A stretch of DNA of 64,000 nt from Escherichia coli (GTDB lineage Bacteria; Pseudomonadota; Gammaproteobacteria; Enterobacterales; Enterobacteriaceae): assembly GCA_031701365.1 (NCBI GenBank), contig GCA_031701365.1_4118.1. One strand, 5' to 3'. Shown here in pieces: positions 19,702-29,123 of this stretch (its first letter is position 1; each line of letters begins with the position of its first letter). The notes under the pieces were generated by a model. The model was not told where the DNA came from, did no database searches, and saw only the letters and a program-made list of their open reading frames with translations. Both the position numbers and the translations under genes were made by a program.

Positions 19702-19983
19702 ATGCGTTCATTTGAAAACTTAATAGGTAAGCATCTTTTATCTGAAATTGATGCAGACGTTAAAGAATTATCCAAATCAAAAAGTTACATTCATTTGGAT
19801 GAACTGTTTATTAAGTACGGTGAGATTGGTTTTAAGTCATTATTTGTTTTTACTATGAAAGTACATAGTTTAAAGTACTTCGATTTGAGTGCTAAAGATG
19901 GTGAACCGAATCTATATTACATGTATTACCTTAAGAACAAAGATGAAGCTAATACATTACTCTCTGAATATATATTGGGGTAA
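19702..19983 (+). CDS. hypothetical protein
   Basis: 93-aa ORF, RBS AAAGGA. Confidence 0.6.
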   Translation: MRSFENLIGKHLLSEIDADVKELSKSKSYIHLDELFIKYGEIGFKSLFVFTMKVHSLKYFDLSAKDGEPNLYYMYYLKNKDEANTLLSEYILG

Positions 19984-19985
19984 AA

Positions 19986-20324
19986 ATGGAACAATATTTT
20001 GAATTAATAAACAAAGTATCATTTTATGTAGTATCTTTGGTTTGGGTGTATTATATGTTTTGCTACATTATTGCATTCTTCCGATACACTACTTTATATG
20101 AACGTATCTACTATGATGCCCCAATTTCATTCTTGATGTTTTGTGCATGTACGTGGGGAATATTAGAAGTACTGATATGTGGGTATAGTACTGATGAATT
20201 AAATCTGGTATCGGTCTTGACTGGGTTTTCATTTGTTGTTATGATAGCTGCCGTTCCAGTATGGTTGTTCTTTGGACTAGTTCATCGCATTGATATATGG
20301 CGTTCTAATATCCCTGAAAAGTAA
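19986..20324 (+). CDS. small membrane protein, paralog family M (A1)
   Basis: 112 aa, 3 hydrophobic helices, C-terminal WRSNIPEK. Confidence 0.65.
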   Translation: MEQYFELINKVSFYVVSLVWVYYMFCYIIAFFRYTTLYERIYYDAPISFLMFCACTWGILEVLICGYSTDELNLVSVLTGFSFVVMIAAVPVWLFFGLVHRIDIWRSNIPEK

Positions 20325-20333
20325 GGATTTGTA

Positions 20334-20675
20334 ATGATTTATTACACTAACATGTTTGCCTATGCTGTTGCTTGCATTTACATTGTTTACTTCTTATTCG
20401 GTGGAGTACTGTGCTTCTTTAAGTACAAAACGTTGTTCAACCGAATGTACCCAAATCATCCAATTGTAGTTGTACTTTTGATTCTTTCAGTTTCTCAAAT
20501 AATCGTTGAAACTACAATGGGTATCAGTAGTGTACATTATAGTTTTGGTACTATAGTAATTATTACTATGCTTATTGCATACATTTTAGTACTTGGATAT
20601 GGTATCTTTGGTAATATTGGTATGAAAATGTATCATCGAATTAAAACATTACGTGATAATCTACCGGAGCGTTGA
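20334..20675 (+). CDS. small membrane protein, paralog family M (A2)
   Basis: 113 aa, C-terminal LRDNLPER. Confidence 0.65.
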   Translation: MIYYTNMFAYAVACIYIVYFLFGGVLCFFKYKTLFNRMYPNHPIVVVLLILSVSQIIVETTMGISSVHYSFGTIVIITMLIAYILVLGYGIFGNIGMKMYHRIKTLRDNLPER

Positions 20676-20676
20676 T

Positions 20677-21021
20677 ATGTATAATTTGAACCTAATCTCA
20701 TATATTATAACAACACTGTTTACATTCTATGCCTTTGTTGGTATAATCCTACTGTACTTTAAATTTTATAAAGTGTTTAACCGTTTCTATCCTTCAATGG
20801 AGAATGAGTTTTTCTTTGTGTTGTACGTAGGTTACACATTAATGGCTACATGTTTCACTGTAGCCGATGGTGTCATCGGCATTAAAACTGATTCCCCAAA
20901 TGGTAGTACGCTGGTTGCATTTATTCTTACCGGATTCCTTGCAACTTATATTGCCTTCATTACAACATGGTCAGTGGTTGAATTTCTCTTGCGACTACGA
21001 AAGAATATGCCGAATCGATAG
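20677..21021 (+). CDS. small membrane protein, paralog family M (A3)
   Basis: start set at ATG 20677 just after previous stop; C-terminal LRKNMPNR. Confidence 0.6.
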   Translation: MYNLNLISYIITTLFTFYAFVGIILLYFKFYKVFNRFYPSMENEFFFVLYVGYTLMATCFTVADGVIGIKTDSPNGSTLVAFILTGFLATYIAFITTWSVVEFLLRLRKNMPNR

Positions 21022-21030
21022 GAGACATAT

Positions 21031-21285
21031 ATGTTTGCATTGCGTAACAAAAACACTAAAGAATTATTATGTATTGATACCGTATGGGATTGTGCGGGTT
21101 CAACTACAGTTCTTGAAGAAGGAACTGGATATTGCGTGTTTGTTGTACATGATAGGAATGAACTCGAATTATTACTTGCTGAGTTCAATGCTGGTGGTAA
21201 TCCTAACAGTACTGAATACCCTGAGATTATCAATCCAGCACCTCCAGGTTCATATGAAATCCTACCACTATGGGTGTTGAAATAA
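21031..21285 (+). CDS. hypothetical protein
   Basis: 84-aa ORF, RBS TAGGAGA. Confidence 0.55.
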   Translation: MFALRNKNTKELLCIDTVWDCAGSTTVLEEGTGYCVFVVHDRNELELLLAEFNAGGNPNSTEYPEIINPAPPGSYEILPLWVLK

Positions 21286-21665
21286 TGCGACAAATGTACA
21301 AAGTAACCGAGCTAAACAAGCGTCTGGTTAAACAATCTATGTTTGAGGATAAAGAGTCTTACTATAACTTTAAACGTGCTGTAGAGGCTGCTATCCACAT
21401 CCAGAAGCTTAAAGAACGTGGTTGTATTATTCTGGAAAATGGTTCGGAAGTTGTAACGGATGACTTTAGTGTAGCGTTTGATGTTTCACCTGATGGGACG
21501 CTATCAATGCCCCGCTTAGGAACTGGAAACATGACTGTTTGGGTTGGCTTCACTATGGGGAATGTACCTGGTACTGTGTACGTAGATGATGCGGAATTGA
21601 AAGACAGTTTCAAAAACTTATCTTATCTTGAACCACAATACGCACATGAAATGAATTTATTTTGA
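21285..21665 (+). CDS. hypothetical protein
   Basis: start set at ATG 21285 (TAATG overlap) inside the 21270 ORF. Confidence 0.55.
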   Translation: MRQMYKVTELNKRLVKQSMFEDKESYYNFKRAVEAAIHIQKLKERGCIILENGSEVVTDDFSVAFDVSPDGTLSMPRLGTGNMTVWVGFTMGNVPGTVYVDDAELKDSFKNLSYLEPQYAHEMNLF

Positions 21666-21666
21666 G

Positions 21667-21725
21667 TTGACAAACACATTCAGTACTGTATAATGCTTAT
21701 CAAGGGGGATGAACTTCTCATCCCT
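21667..21725 (+). promoter_or_regulatory. promoter plus 5' stem-loop (PeSL-like)
   Basis: TTGACA, spacer ending CAGTACTG, TATAAT, then hairpin GGGATGAA-CTTC-TCATCCC before the RBS. Confidence 0.6.
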
Positions 21726-21742
21726 ACAATCGAGGAACTACC

Positions 21743-22297
21743 ATGATTACTTTTAAGAAAACTGCTAACCACATCCATGAAATCTACATTAACGGTCATA
21801 AAGCTGGCCTTCTTCGTTTACTCGCCCATCACCCTGATGCTACCGTATCTGATAATGAACCTAAAGATTGGCGTGTCTTTTTCTTTGGAAAGTACAGTGA
21901 TTTTCAAGTATCAAACCTGAAGAACATTCGTTCAGTATGCACGTTAACTGAAATTAAAGAAAAGTTAGCACAAGCATTGAAAACTAATCCAGATGGTGTT
22001 CTTCCACCTGATAACTTTGTAGAGAAAGGTTATGCCTTAGCTCATTTCAAAGATGGTACTATTCAATCTATCAGTACTGAATATGAATATCATTGGACTG
22101 AGTACTTCACTTATGGTTCGAGTAATACATTGATGGATTCACGTAGTAAATTGGAAGAAGTACTGACTCGTATGAATGAACGCGAGCGTCAGTTATATGA
22201 CAAACCAGAAATGTGGAGTTCAACTTACATTGACCGTATTGACTATGTTATTATGACTCCAATCTTTGACACTGCTTACTATGATTCTTTGAAATAA
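21743..22297 (+). CDS. hypothetical protein
   Basis: 184-aa ORF. Confidence 0.65.
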   Translation: MITFKKTANHIHEIYINGHKAGLLRLLAHHPDATVSDNEPKDWRVFFFGKYSDFQVSNLKNIRSVCTLTEIKEKLAQALKTNPDGVLPPDNFVEKGYALAHFKDGTIQSISTEYEYHWTEYFTYGSSNTLMDSRSKLEEVLTRMNERERQLYDKPEMWSSTYIDRIDYVIMTPIFDTAYYDSLK

Positions 22298-22308
22298 GGA
22301 TAACTTAT

Positions 22309-22485
22309 ATGAAACTACGTACTCGTAATCGACTGATGGATGCACTGTACCATGAACAGCTTTCACTGAATGAAGTGAAGCGTCAGTTAATGTACACATA
22401 TCAGTTTCCCGCTCGCATTGCAAAACAACGTGCTAAAGAATTGCTGAAAGAAGCAATCGAGTACTGGGAATCTGATTCGTACTAA
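22309..22485 (+). CDS. hypothetical small protein (58 aa)
   Basis: not in ORF track; RBS AAGGATAA, basic helical sequence. Confidence 0.45.
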   Translation: MKLRTRNRLMDALYHEQLSLNEVKRQLMYTYQFPARIAKQRAKELLKEAIEYWESDSY

Positions 22486-22513
22486 TTGTCACGTTAATTA
22501 AGTGAGGCGATAA

Positions 22514-22765
22514 ATGAAAATTTTATTAGTTCTAATACTACTAATTGTTTTACCATTTACGTTAGTATCCCCTGAACTTGCATGGAATGTGTTTGTGTAC
22601 TTACTATGTACTATGGTGGTAAATGGTATCTTGTTCTTAGTTCTATTCATAAATGGAATAGGACACGGTGGAGGATGGACCAGTACTGCTAATATTGTAC
22701 ATAAAACCACTATGTCTTTATTTGTAGTGTGGAATTTATTCTGGACTTGGTTTGTGTTCTTCTAA
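22514..22765 (+). CDS. small membrane protein
   Basis: 83 aa, hydrophobic helices, RBS GAGG. Confidence 0.6.
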   Translation: MKILLVLILLIVLPFTLVSPELAWNVFVYLLCTMVVNGILFLVLFINGIGHGGGWTSTANIVHKTTMSLFVVWNLFWTWFVFF

Positions 22766-22773
22766 TTAAAAAT

Positions 22774-23145
22774 ATGAATATAGATTTGAAAGGTGCAACA
22801 CGAACTGTTATCCTCATTGGTGAATATGCTATCAAGATTCCAACCTTTAAAAGTTGGAAGCTATTCTTAACAGGGATGATAGCTAACCTCAATGAACGTT
22901 CGTGGATGCAGTACTCCAATCGTAGTGATACTGGTATCTGTCCTACTTTGTGGTCATCATGTACTGGACTAGTAACTGTACAGAAACGTTGTAAGCCAGT
23001 TCAACATAGGGGTTTATTTTGGGTGGAGTTGTGTGCTTTAGCATTGAATTCAGAGTTAAGTACTGACTTCTTTTATTCAGATGCGAAGCCAGAAAACTTT
23101 GGTTATCTGAATGGTAAGTTAGTTAAACTTGATTACGGAGATTAA
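22774..23145 (+). CDS. small kinase-like protein
   Basis: start set at ATG 22774; ILIGEYAIKIP resembles a VAIK lysine motif and DAKPENFGYLNGKLVKLDYGD resembles a catalytic loop plus DFG-like DYG. Confidence 0.45.
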   Translation: MNIDLKGATRTVILIGEYAIKIPTFKSWKLFLTGMIANLNERSWMQYSNRSDTGICPTLWSSCTGLVTVQKRCKPVQHRGLFWVELCALALNSELSTDFFYSDAKPENFGYLNGKLVKLDYGD

Positions 23146-23227
23146 TATGTACGCGTGAAAGTCTAGTAGAAATTGAATACGACTAAGTAAACCAAGATTT
23201 TTTTGAAGTTACACAAAGGAACATAAC

Positions 23228-23422
23228 ATGTTATTAGTATATTCAAAGCGTTTCTGGATTTCATTTATTGTACTATCGCTAATCGGCTTCGGTGTGAGTA
23301 TACTCTTTTCGTGGGATGATTTGGATACATGGTATTATGAAGTTCCGTGGTACATGAAGATGGCTCCTTGTTACGCGGCATTGTTCGTGTCCTTCCTTAT
23401 TGTTGTCTTCAGTGAGGATTAG
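23228..23422 (+). CDS. small membrane protein
   Basis: 64 aa, two hydrophobic helices, RBS AAAGGAA. Confidence 0.55.
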   Translation: MLLVYSKRFWISFIVLSLIGFGVSILFSWDDLDTWYYEVPWYMKMAPCYAALFVSFLIVVFSED

Positions 23423-23489
23423 TTGATGTAGTGGCAGTCAACTCGATGGGTATGAGATTGTTAAGTTGGGAATTATTGAGTAAAAGGTA

Positions 23490-23518
23490 TTGACACCGTT
23501 CCCATTTAACAGTATTAT
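23490..23518 (+). promoter_or_regulatory. sigma70-type promoter (TTGACA-17-TATTAT)
   Basis: read directly; leader TGTACACCAAGTAATGAGGAAT shared with the 23830 promoter. Confidence 0.55.
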
Positions 23519-23555
23519 GTATGTACACCAAGTAATGAGGAATAGGAGTGAAACA

Positions 23556-23816
23556 ATGTTAACACCTGAACAGCAAGAAGCCCAAATCGCTAAACACAGC
23601 CTTGACTTTCCTAACGGTATGACAGTTAAAGAACTGAAAGCACTCATTGCTGATTGGCCTGAAACTAACCAATACGGTGAAGATACTAAAGTACTGATCA
23701 GCACTCAAGATGGTATTGATTGCACAGTGCATTCATCTTGGTGCAGTGAAGTTCGTTTCAATGCAAACGATGAACTGGTATATGATCTTAGTTTGGATGT
23801 AGAAGACCGCAATTAA
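23556..23816 (+). CDS. hypothetical protein
   Basis: start set at ATG 23556 (RBS GGAG); the 23490 ORF begins inside the promoter. Confidence 0.55.
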   Translation: MLTPEQQEAQIAKHSLDFPNGMTVKELKALIADWPETNQYGEDTKVLISTQDGIDCTVHSSWCSEVRFNANDELVYDLSLDVEDRN

Positions 23817-23829
23817 GACAAATAAAAGG

Positions 23830-23858
23830 ATTGACACTAGTTCTATAGTATTGTAACA
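23830..23858 (+). promoter_or_regulatory. sigma70-type promoter (TTGACA-17-TAACAT)
   Basis: read directly. Confidence 0.5.
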
Positions 23859-23887
23859 TGTGTACACCAAATAATGAGGAATCTGAA

Positions 23888-24247
23888 ATGGCATCTTTAA
23901 CTGAAATCACTGAACTGAATCCACTGGCAATTAGTACTGTTCAACGCACAAAGACGTTTTACTTTCGTCCAGTCGATGGTTGGAAGCGTGGTGAGAATGG
24001 CGACTATCGTGTTCTGGAAGATAATCTCGTTGAACGTGTGAATTCAGAACTTAATGTTTATGAAGGTGTTACGGTTGTACGTTCACATTCTCGTTATTTC
24101 GAATACTACATTGAGTCTTCATCGGTAAATGAAAACCGTTCATTTTCTGTTGACAATACTGATGCACTGCGTAATGCAGTATCTATTTTGTGCAATATTG
24201 CAGAAGAAATGGGTTTAACTATCGTAACGATTGGTGAGTTAGCATGA
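23888..24247 (+). CDS. hypothetical protein
   Basis: start set at ATG 23888 (RBS TGAGGAA). Confidence 0.55.
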   Translation: MASLTEITELNPLAISTVQRTKTFYFRPVDGWKRGENGDYRVLEDNLVERVNSELNVYEGVTVVRSHSRYFEYYIESSSVNENRSFSVDNTDALRNAVSILCNIAEEMGLTIVTIGELA

Positions 24248-24441
24248 TTAAAACTTTTATTCTTACAATGGTATTTGGTTCTTATGGTTATGGTGGTGGT
24301 GTGGCGACCGTTGAGTATCCAGTATACGAAGATTGCAAAGCTGCTGCTGAAGTGTTTGTAAAAACAACTAAAGATTTGGCTACCGTTACTGATGCCAAAG
24401 CGTGGTGTACAACTAAAAATACACCAGAAACTAAGAAGTAA
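24244..24441 (+). CDS. hypothetical small protein
   Basis: 65 aa, ATGA overlap. Confidence 0.55.
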   Translation: MIKTFILTMVFGSYGYGGGVATVEYPVYEDCKAAAEVFVKTTKDLATVTDAKAWCTTKNTPETKK

Positions 24442-24450
24442 AAAATAAAG

Positions 24451-24482
24451 GGTTGACAGTAGTCATCCCTTTTTGCTATAAT
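24451..24482 (+). terminator. terminator-promoter cassette (imperfect hairpin variant)
   Basis: AGGGTTGAC-AGTAG-TCATCCCT, T5, then TATAAT 18 nt after TTGACA. Confidence 0.6.
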
Positions 24483-24510
24483 CATTTCATCGAAACGAGA
24501 GGATGAAAAC

Positions 24511-24948
24511 ATGACACGCATTAACTTAGTACACGTTAAAGAACTTGCTGACCAACATCTGATGGCTGAATACCGTGAACTCCCACGTGTGTTTGGTGCT
24601 GTACAAAAACATGTTCAAGCAGGTAAACGAGTACGTGATTTCAAAATTAACAGTACTTATCTGTTAGGTTCAGGTCATGTAACATTCTTCTATAACAAGT
24701 TATTGTACTTACAGAAGCGTCATATTGATATTGTTAACGAATGTTTGCGTCGTGGTATGAAGATTCAAAACATTGAAGTAAACGACATTAGCAGCTTCCC
24801 TGCGGAGTTTTGCCAGGACTATGTGCCATCTGATTCAGAGATTAAAATGTCTCGTGACCGTTTGATTGAGAAGCTCCAGATGAAGCCTACGTGGTATAAG
24901 TTTACTGATGTTGAGTTACCTGAGTACTATACCGAGATGATTAAGTAA
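24511..24948 (+). CDS. denV: pyrimidine-dimer DNA glycosylase / endonuclease V
   Basis: 145 aa. N-terminus [31 protein letters not shown]...GKRVRDFKI...GHVTFFY and C-terminal PTWYK closely match T4 endonuclease V as recalled from memory; catalytic Thr2, Arg22, Glu23, Arg26 are present. Confidence 0.85.
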   Translation: MTRINLVHVKELADQHLMAEYRELPRVFGAVQKHVQAGKRVRDFKINSTYLLGSGHVTFFYNKLLYLQKRHIDIVNECLRRGMKIQNIEVNDISSFPAEFCQDYVPSDSEIKMSRDRLIEKLQMKPTWYKFTDVELPEYYTEMIK

Positions 24949-24961
24949 ATAGAGATTAAAA

Positions 24962-25177
24962 ATGATACTTGACACTTCTAGATACAAGTTTTCAAACAAC
25001 CAGAACACAAATAGAACACACACCATGAAATGGTGGTTGAGACATCGTGATAAGGTTTTGAACACACACACCGTATCAGAACTTATCTCGGCAATTATAG
25101 AATTAAGCGATGATGATTGTGTTGAAAACAATATATATAATTTATGGAATGATTATATTAACATAACTAAGGGTTGA
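24962..25177 (+). CDS. hypothetical small protein
   Basis: 71-aa ORF; alternative start at ATG 25025. Confidence 0.4.
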   Translation: MILDTSRYKFSNNQNTNRTHTMKWWLRHRDKVLNTHTVSELISAIIELSDDDCVENNIYNLWNDYINITKG

Positions 25178-25203
25178 CTTCGGTCAGCCCTTTTTGCTAT
25201 AAT
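25171..25203 (+). terminator. terminator-promoter cassette
   Basis: GGGTTGAC-TTCG-GTCAGCCC, T5, TATAAT; about 45 bp near-identical to the 27198 cassette. Confidence 0.75.
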
Positions 25204-25229
25204 TATTTCATCAACACAAGAGGTAACAA

Positions 25230-25466
25230 ATGAAACTATCTTTTATACGATTAGCTGAATTCTTCGGTACTGATATTATTACTTTACAACAAATTGCAGA
25301 CAATACTTCATTAAGTACACAAGAAGTACTTGACTTAGATGTAATTAAGTGTGATAATACTTCCATCGATTTCAAAGAAGGTCTTGTCGAAAAAGATAAG
25401 ATTCAGGCTAAGATTAATGGTGCTGGACGGGTTCAGTACTGGAAAGGAGTTTTGAGTAATGTATAA
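25230..25466 (+). CDS. hypothetical protein
   Basis: 78-aa ORF, RBS AGAGGTAA. Confidence 0.6.
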   Translation: MKLSFIRLAEFFGTDIITLQQIADNTSLSTQEVLDLDVIKCDNTSIDFKEGLVEKDKIQAKINGAGRVQYWKGVLSNV

Positions 25467-26835
25467 CAATGAACATAAAAAATTAATTGAAAATTTTGAT
25501 GGTTATGTATATATAAAGTCAGAAAAACTTAATAACAACTGTTATATACATTATAATCATCCTGAACGTTATCTTCCAGTCAAAATTGAATTATCTGATC
25601 TTGTTAAAAGTGTTAAAAAAAATAAAAATCAACTAGCTCCACTACGAACAAAAGAAGAAATAGTTGAAATTGTTAGAAATAAATTTATTAATAAAAAACA
25701 ATATTCAATAAAAAAAATTGATTATAATAAAAGAAGTTCTGAGTGTATTGTTCATTATGATGACAATTCTGGAATTACATATACAGTTTCATTACAAACT
25801 TTAATATATAAAAATTGGGAACCAGAGACAGCTAAGCCAAGAAAGACATTGAATATGCATATTGAATATGCAAAGAAAAAATTACATGAATTAGGTCATG
25901 AATTTATAAAATTTAATAGTGATAAAATTGATAAAAAAACATATGTTATTTACAAACATAGCTCAAGAATATTACCATGTGAAATACAATATTACGAATT
26001 GCGTAGATGTGATGATAAATTAATACCTCATTTGACTATAGATGAAATAAAAGCAAAAGTTGAGCATGAAGCATCAATACAAAATGTAATAATAACAGAT
26101 ATTATAGAATGTATAAATTTATCATATTCTAATATAAAATATAAATTACCTGAAAATAATGATATAGGTGGTGAAGTACAATATATAAGTATGATTAAGG
26201 ATGGATTTTCGTTTAGACATAAAAATAATATCAAAACTGATAATTTTTATTATAATTATGGTGTGGAGTTTTGTAAAAAAAATGGTTTGGTATTCATAAA
26301 AGTGATTGAGTATAATAAAAAAATGACAAAATATCATTTTAAAATGCTAAATGGTGAAGATTGGAAACCAACTTATAGCTCTTTGGCACATAGTGGTTCT
26401 TTATGTAAAGGTGGATACCAAAATAATAATGCTGCCCGTGTATATGTGAATAATGACCATTGTGGTGAAGCTGACAATGCTGGGAAAACCATGCAAAAAA
26501 AATTCAATAATAGATTAACGGTTAGAAATAATTCATTTTATAAAAATTATGGTATTAAAAATTTTTGGAAAAATGAATTATTGATTTTATTTAATAATAA
26601 AAATGGTGGTAAATTAGCTACTGAATTGGAAAAAATAATTCATACAACTGCATTATGTGGAAGACCACATGGAAGAACCGGTTATTATGAAAAAGGCGAT
26701 GGGTGCACAGAAACATTCAACAACATCCATCGACCTAAAGTTAACGAAGCCATTAAAAAGTTCTTAGCAGAACATGAAGGTGAGTACATTATCGAACGTG
26801 ATATCAATGGTATTTTTGGTGAAGTAATTTTGTAA
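25459..26835 (+). CDS. hypothetical Asn/Lys-rich protein with internal repeats
   Basis: 458-aa ORF; three related segments of type hYxHxxxxxLPxxIxxxxL. Confidence 0.65.
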   Translation: MYNNEHKKLIENFDGYVYIKSEKLNNNCYIHYNHPERYLPVKIELSDLVKSVKKNKNQLAPLRTKEEIVEIVRNKFINKKQYSIKKIDYNKRSSECIVHYDDNSGITYTVSLQTLIYKNWEPETAKPRKTLNMHIEYAKKKLHELGHEFIKFNSDKIDKKTYVIYKHSSRILPCEIQYYELRRCDDKLIPHLTIDEIKAKVEHEASIQNVIITDIIECINLSYSNIKYKLPENNDIGGEVQYISMIKDGFSFRHKNNIKTDNFYYNYGVEFCKKNGLVFIKVIEYNKKMTKYHFKMLNGEDWKPTYSSLAHSGSLCKGGYQNNNAARVYVNNDHCGEADNAGKTMQKKFNNRLTVRNNSFYKNYGIKNFWKNELLILFNNKNGGKLATELEKIIHTTALCGRPHGRTGYYEKGDGCTETFNNIHRPKVNEAIKKFLAEHEGEYIIERDINGIFGEVIL

Positions 26836-26855
26836 AACAAAAGAGGTTAATTAAA

Positions 26856-27182
26856 ATGAAAAAGTTAATGTTAGTTATGTTAATGTGTTTATCAACAACA
26901 GTGAATGCAAAAACTGAAGCATCAACAACATGTAAATCCACAAAAACTGACACTATCTACAATTTGTATTTGGATGTAACAACACAAACAGCAAAAATAG
27001 ATGGAAAGAAGTTTATGTTTGAAAGTCAAGAAGTATTTAAAGATGGAAGTGGTTCGTATACTATTTTTTCAAATGATAAATTGAATCAAAAATTAAAAGT
27101 TTTTGTTATTAAACCTAATAAGATAAAATATATTATTACCTATAATGGTAAAAATATTGATATGGGTAATTGTGTGTATTAA
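26856..27182 (+). CDS. putative secreted protein
   Basis: 108 aa; signal peptide ending TVNA; RBS AGAGG. Confidence 0.65.
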   Translation: MKKLMLVMLMCLSTTVNAKTEASTTCKSTKTDTIYNLYLDVTTQTAKIDGKKFMFESQEVFKDGSGSYTIFSNDKLNQKLKVFVIKPNKIKYIITYNGKNIDMGNCVY

Positions 27183-27197
27183 ATATGTTTATAAAAA

Positions 27198-27230
27198 GGG
27201 TTGACTTCGGTCAGCCCTTTTTGCTATAAT
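27198..27230 (+). terminator. terminator-promoter cassette
   Basis: GGGTTGAC-TTCG-GTCAGCCC, T5, TATAAT. Confidence 0.75.
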
Positions 27231-27258
27231 TATTTCATCAACTGATGAGGATAACGAA

Positions 27259-28029
27259 ATGACCAGAGAAGCACGCAGCATTCAAATCCAGAAAAACTTC
27301 AACTCCATGATGGTTGCTCTTGAGTGTTTGCTCGATGATAGCAGTACTGTAAAAAGTATGGTTGTCAGTGGTGCTCCTGGTGTTGGTAAGACTTACACCT
27401 TGTCCCAACGTCTCCAGAAGGCTCATGACGCAGCAGAATGGAACGTAGCTACTATCAGTGGTAAGATGACTACACTGGCTCTGTACGAAGTTCTGTACAA
27501 GAATCGTCACAGCACCAACGTATTAGTACTTGATGATATGGATAGCATCTTTGAATCAGAAGATGGTATGAACCTACTCAAAGCTGTTTTGGATAGTGGT
27601 AAGCGTACTGTATCTTATATGACTAGCTCTAAGTACTTGAGCACTAACGGCATTCCTAATAGCTTTGATTTTAATGGTCGCATCGTATTCATTACTAACA
27701 AAGATTTAGCGTTAGATGCTAAAGCTAAAACTAAAATGTCTGCTCATTATGCTGCTCTTATGTCTCGTTCTGTGTACGTGGATTTACAGATTCAGACTAA
27801 AAGTGATATCATGATTCATATTGAAAATGTAATGACTAAGACTAATATCCTTGCATCTAAAGGTGTTAACAGTAACGGTAGTAAAGCAATTCTGAACTGG
27901 ATGTTAAAACATGAAGATAATCTTCGTGCACCATCCCTGCGTATGCCTTTGTTGATTTCAGCAGTATATAACAACAATCCGTATGATTGGGAAGAACAAT
28001 GTGAAAACTTGTTCCTTGAGAAAATCTAA
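27259..28029 (+). CDS. P-loop NTPase (AAA-like ATPase)
   Basis: 256 aa; Walker A GAPGVGKT and Walker B VLVLDDMD. Confidence 0.65.
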   Translation: MTREARSIQIQKNFNSMMVALECLLDDSSTVKSMVVSGAPGVGKTYTLSQRLQKAHDAAEWNVATISGKMTTLALYEVLYKNRHSTNVLVLDDMDSIFESEDGMNLLKAVLDSGKRTVSYMTSSKYLSTNGIPNSFDFNGRIVFITNKDLALDAKAKTKMSAHYAALMSRSVYVDLQIQTKSDIMIHIENVMTKTNILASKGVNSNGSKAILNWMLKHEDNLRAPSLRMPLLISAVYNNNPYDWEEQCENLFLEKI

Positions 28030-28096
28030 TTACATATGTTGACAGTACTACCATCGTGTAGTACTATAATGGGAGTATAATCTGCGGAGAAGAAAT

Positions 28097-28438
28097 ATGC
28101 TTGAGTTTTTTAATTCAGATACAATGCTTGGTATCACGCTAATTTACATGTTTGTATTTTTGTGTTATCATTCAATTGTAATTAGTCTGTGGTATTTTAA
28201 AAGGAAAATTGTTTTTAAATTGTATTCGGATGATAATGTAGTCTTAGTTTTATATAGTATTATCCAAGGTGGGTTTATTTTATTTGGTGTGATGACATAT
28301 GCGATTTACATGTTACAAATTGATAATACACCACACATTACACAATATCTTGTGTTTTCAGGTCTAATCGTGTGGTTATTGGTGTGTACTATGTATTTTA
28401 TTATTAAAGCTCGTGATAACTTTAAATGGGGATTCTAA
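28097..28438 (+). CDS. small membrane protein, paralog family M (B1)
   Basis: 113 aa; clear paralog of B2 (MLEFFNSDTM...WYFKRKIVFKLY). Confidence 0.65.
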   Translation: MLEFFNSDTMLGITLIYMFVFLCYHSIVISLWYFKRKIVFKLYSDDNVVLVLYSIIQGGFILFGVMTYAIYMLQIDNTPHITQYLVFSGLIVWLLVCTMYFIIKARDNFKWGF

Positions 28439-28776
28439 TGTTAGAATTTTTTAAATCAGATACAATGATTAGTATTACTTTGATTTATCTTTTTGGTTTT
28501 TTCTTTTATCATGCACTGGTTGTAGTACTATGGTATTTTAAAAAGAAAATTGTTTTTAAACTGTATCCAGTGAGGAATTCATCACTAGTTCTTTACACAC
28601 TTGTTCAAGGTTTGTTTGCAATTGTTGGTCTTATGGCACACTTAATTTATTGTGCTAATCCTCACTTGAACTCAATCTCACAATATATTGTATTCTTTGG
28701 GTTGTTCATTTGGTTAGTTGTATACTTAATCCATCTCATTATTCATGGTAGAGATAAAATTCGCGGAGACTTCTAA
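28438..28776 (+). CDS. small membrane protein, paralog family M (B2)
   Basis: start set at ATG 28438 (TAATG overlap). Confidence 0.65.
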   Translation: MLEFFKSDTMISITLIYLFGFFFYHALVVVLWYFKKKIVFKLYPVRNSSLVLYTLVQGLFAIVGLMAHLIYCANPHLNSISQYIVFFGLFIWLVVYLIHLIIHGRDKIRGDF

Positions 28777-29123
28777 TGTTTGAAGCTTATCTTGAGTTTT
28801 TAAGGAGTAGTCCAGTTGCACATTCACTTGCAGGGATTATTCTAACAACTTATGTATCATTTTGGGTAGTTATGTTTCTAGGATGGTATTTTAAACGACA
28901 ATTCTATAAACGTAATGGTGAAGATTTTATGAATTCTGCCATTAATCAATCGTTGTTTGCATCAACATTGATTGCATGTATTGTAGCAACACTCACAGGA
29001 AAGGTACTACCAGCTTTTTCCGCAGTTTACGGCACACTTGGGATGATATGTTTAACTTTTATATTGACCATTAAAATTTGTTGTGTTATGATTGAACTTC
29101 GAAATAAGATACCGGAGGAATGA
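28776..29123 (+). CDS. small membrane protein, paralog family M (B3)
   Basis: 115 aa; C-terminal RNKIPEE. Confidence 0.65.
   Translation: MFEAYLEFLRSSPVAHSLAGIILTTYVSFWVVMFLGWYFKRQFYKRNGEDFMNSAINQSLFASTLIACIVATLTGKVLPAFSAVYGTLGMICLTFILTIKICCVMIELRNKIPEE

Noticed and set aside
20867-21280. 137-aa plus-strand ORF
   Set aside because: It overlaps two adjacent, better-supported genes (20677-21021 and 21031-21285) in a different frame.
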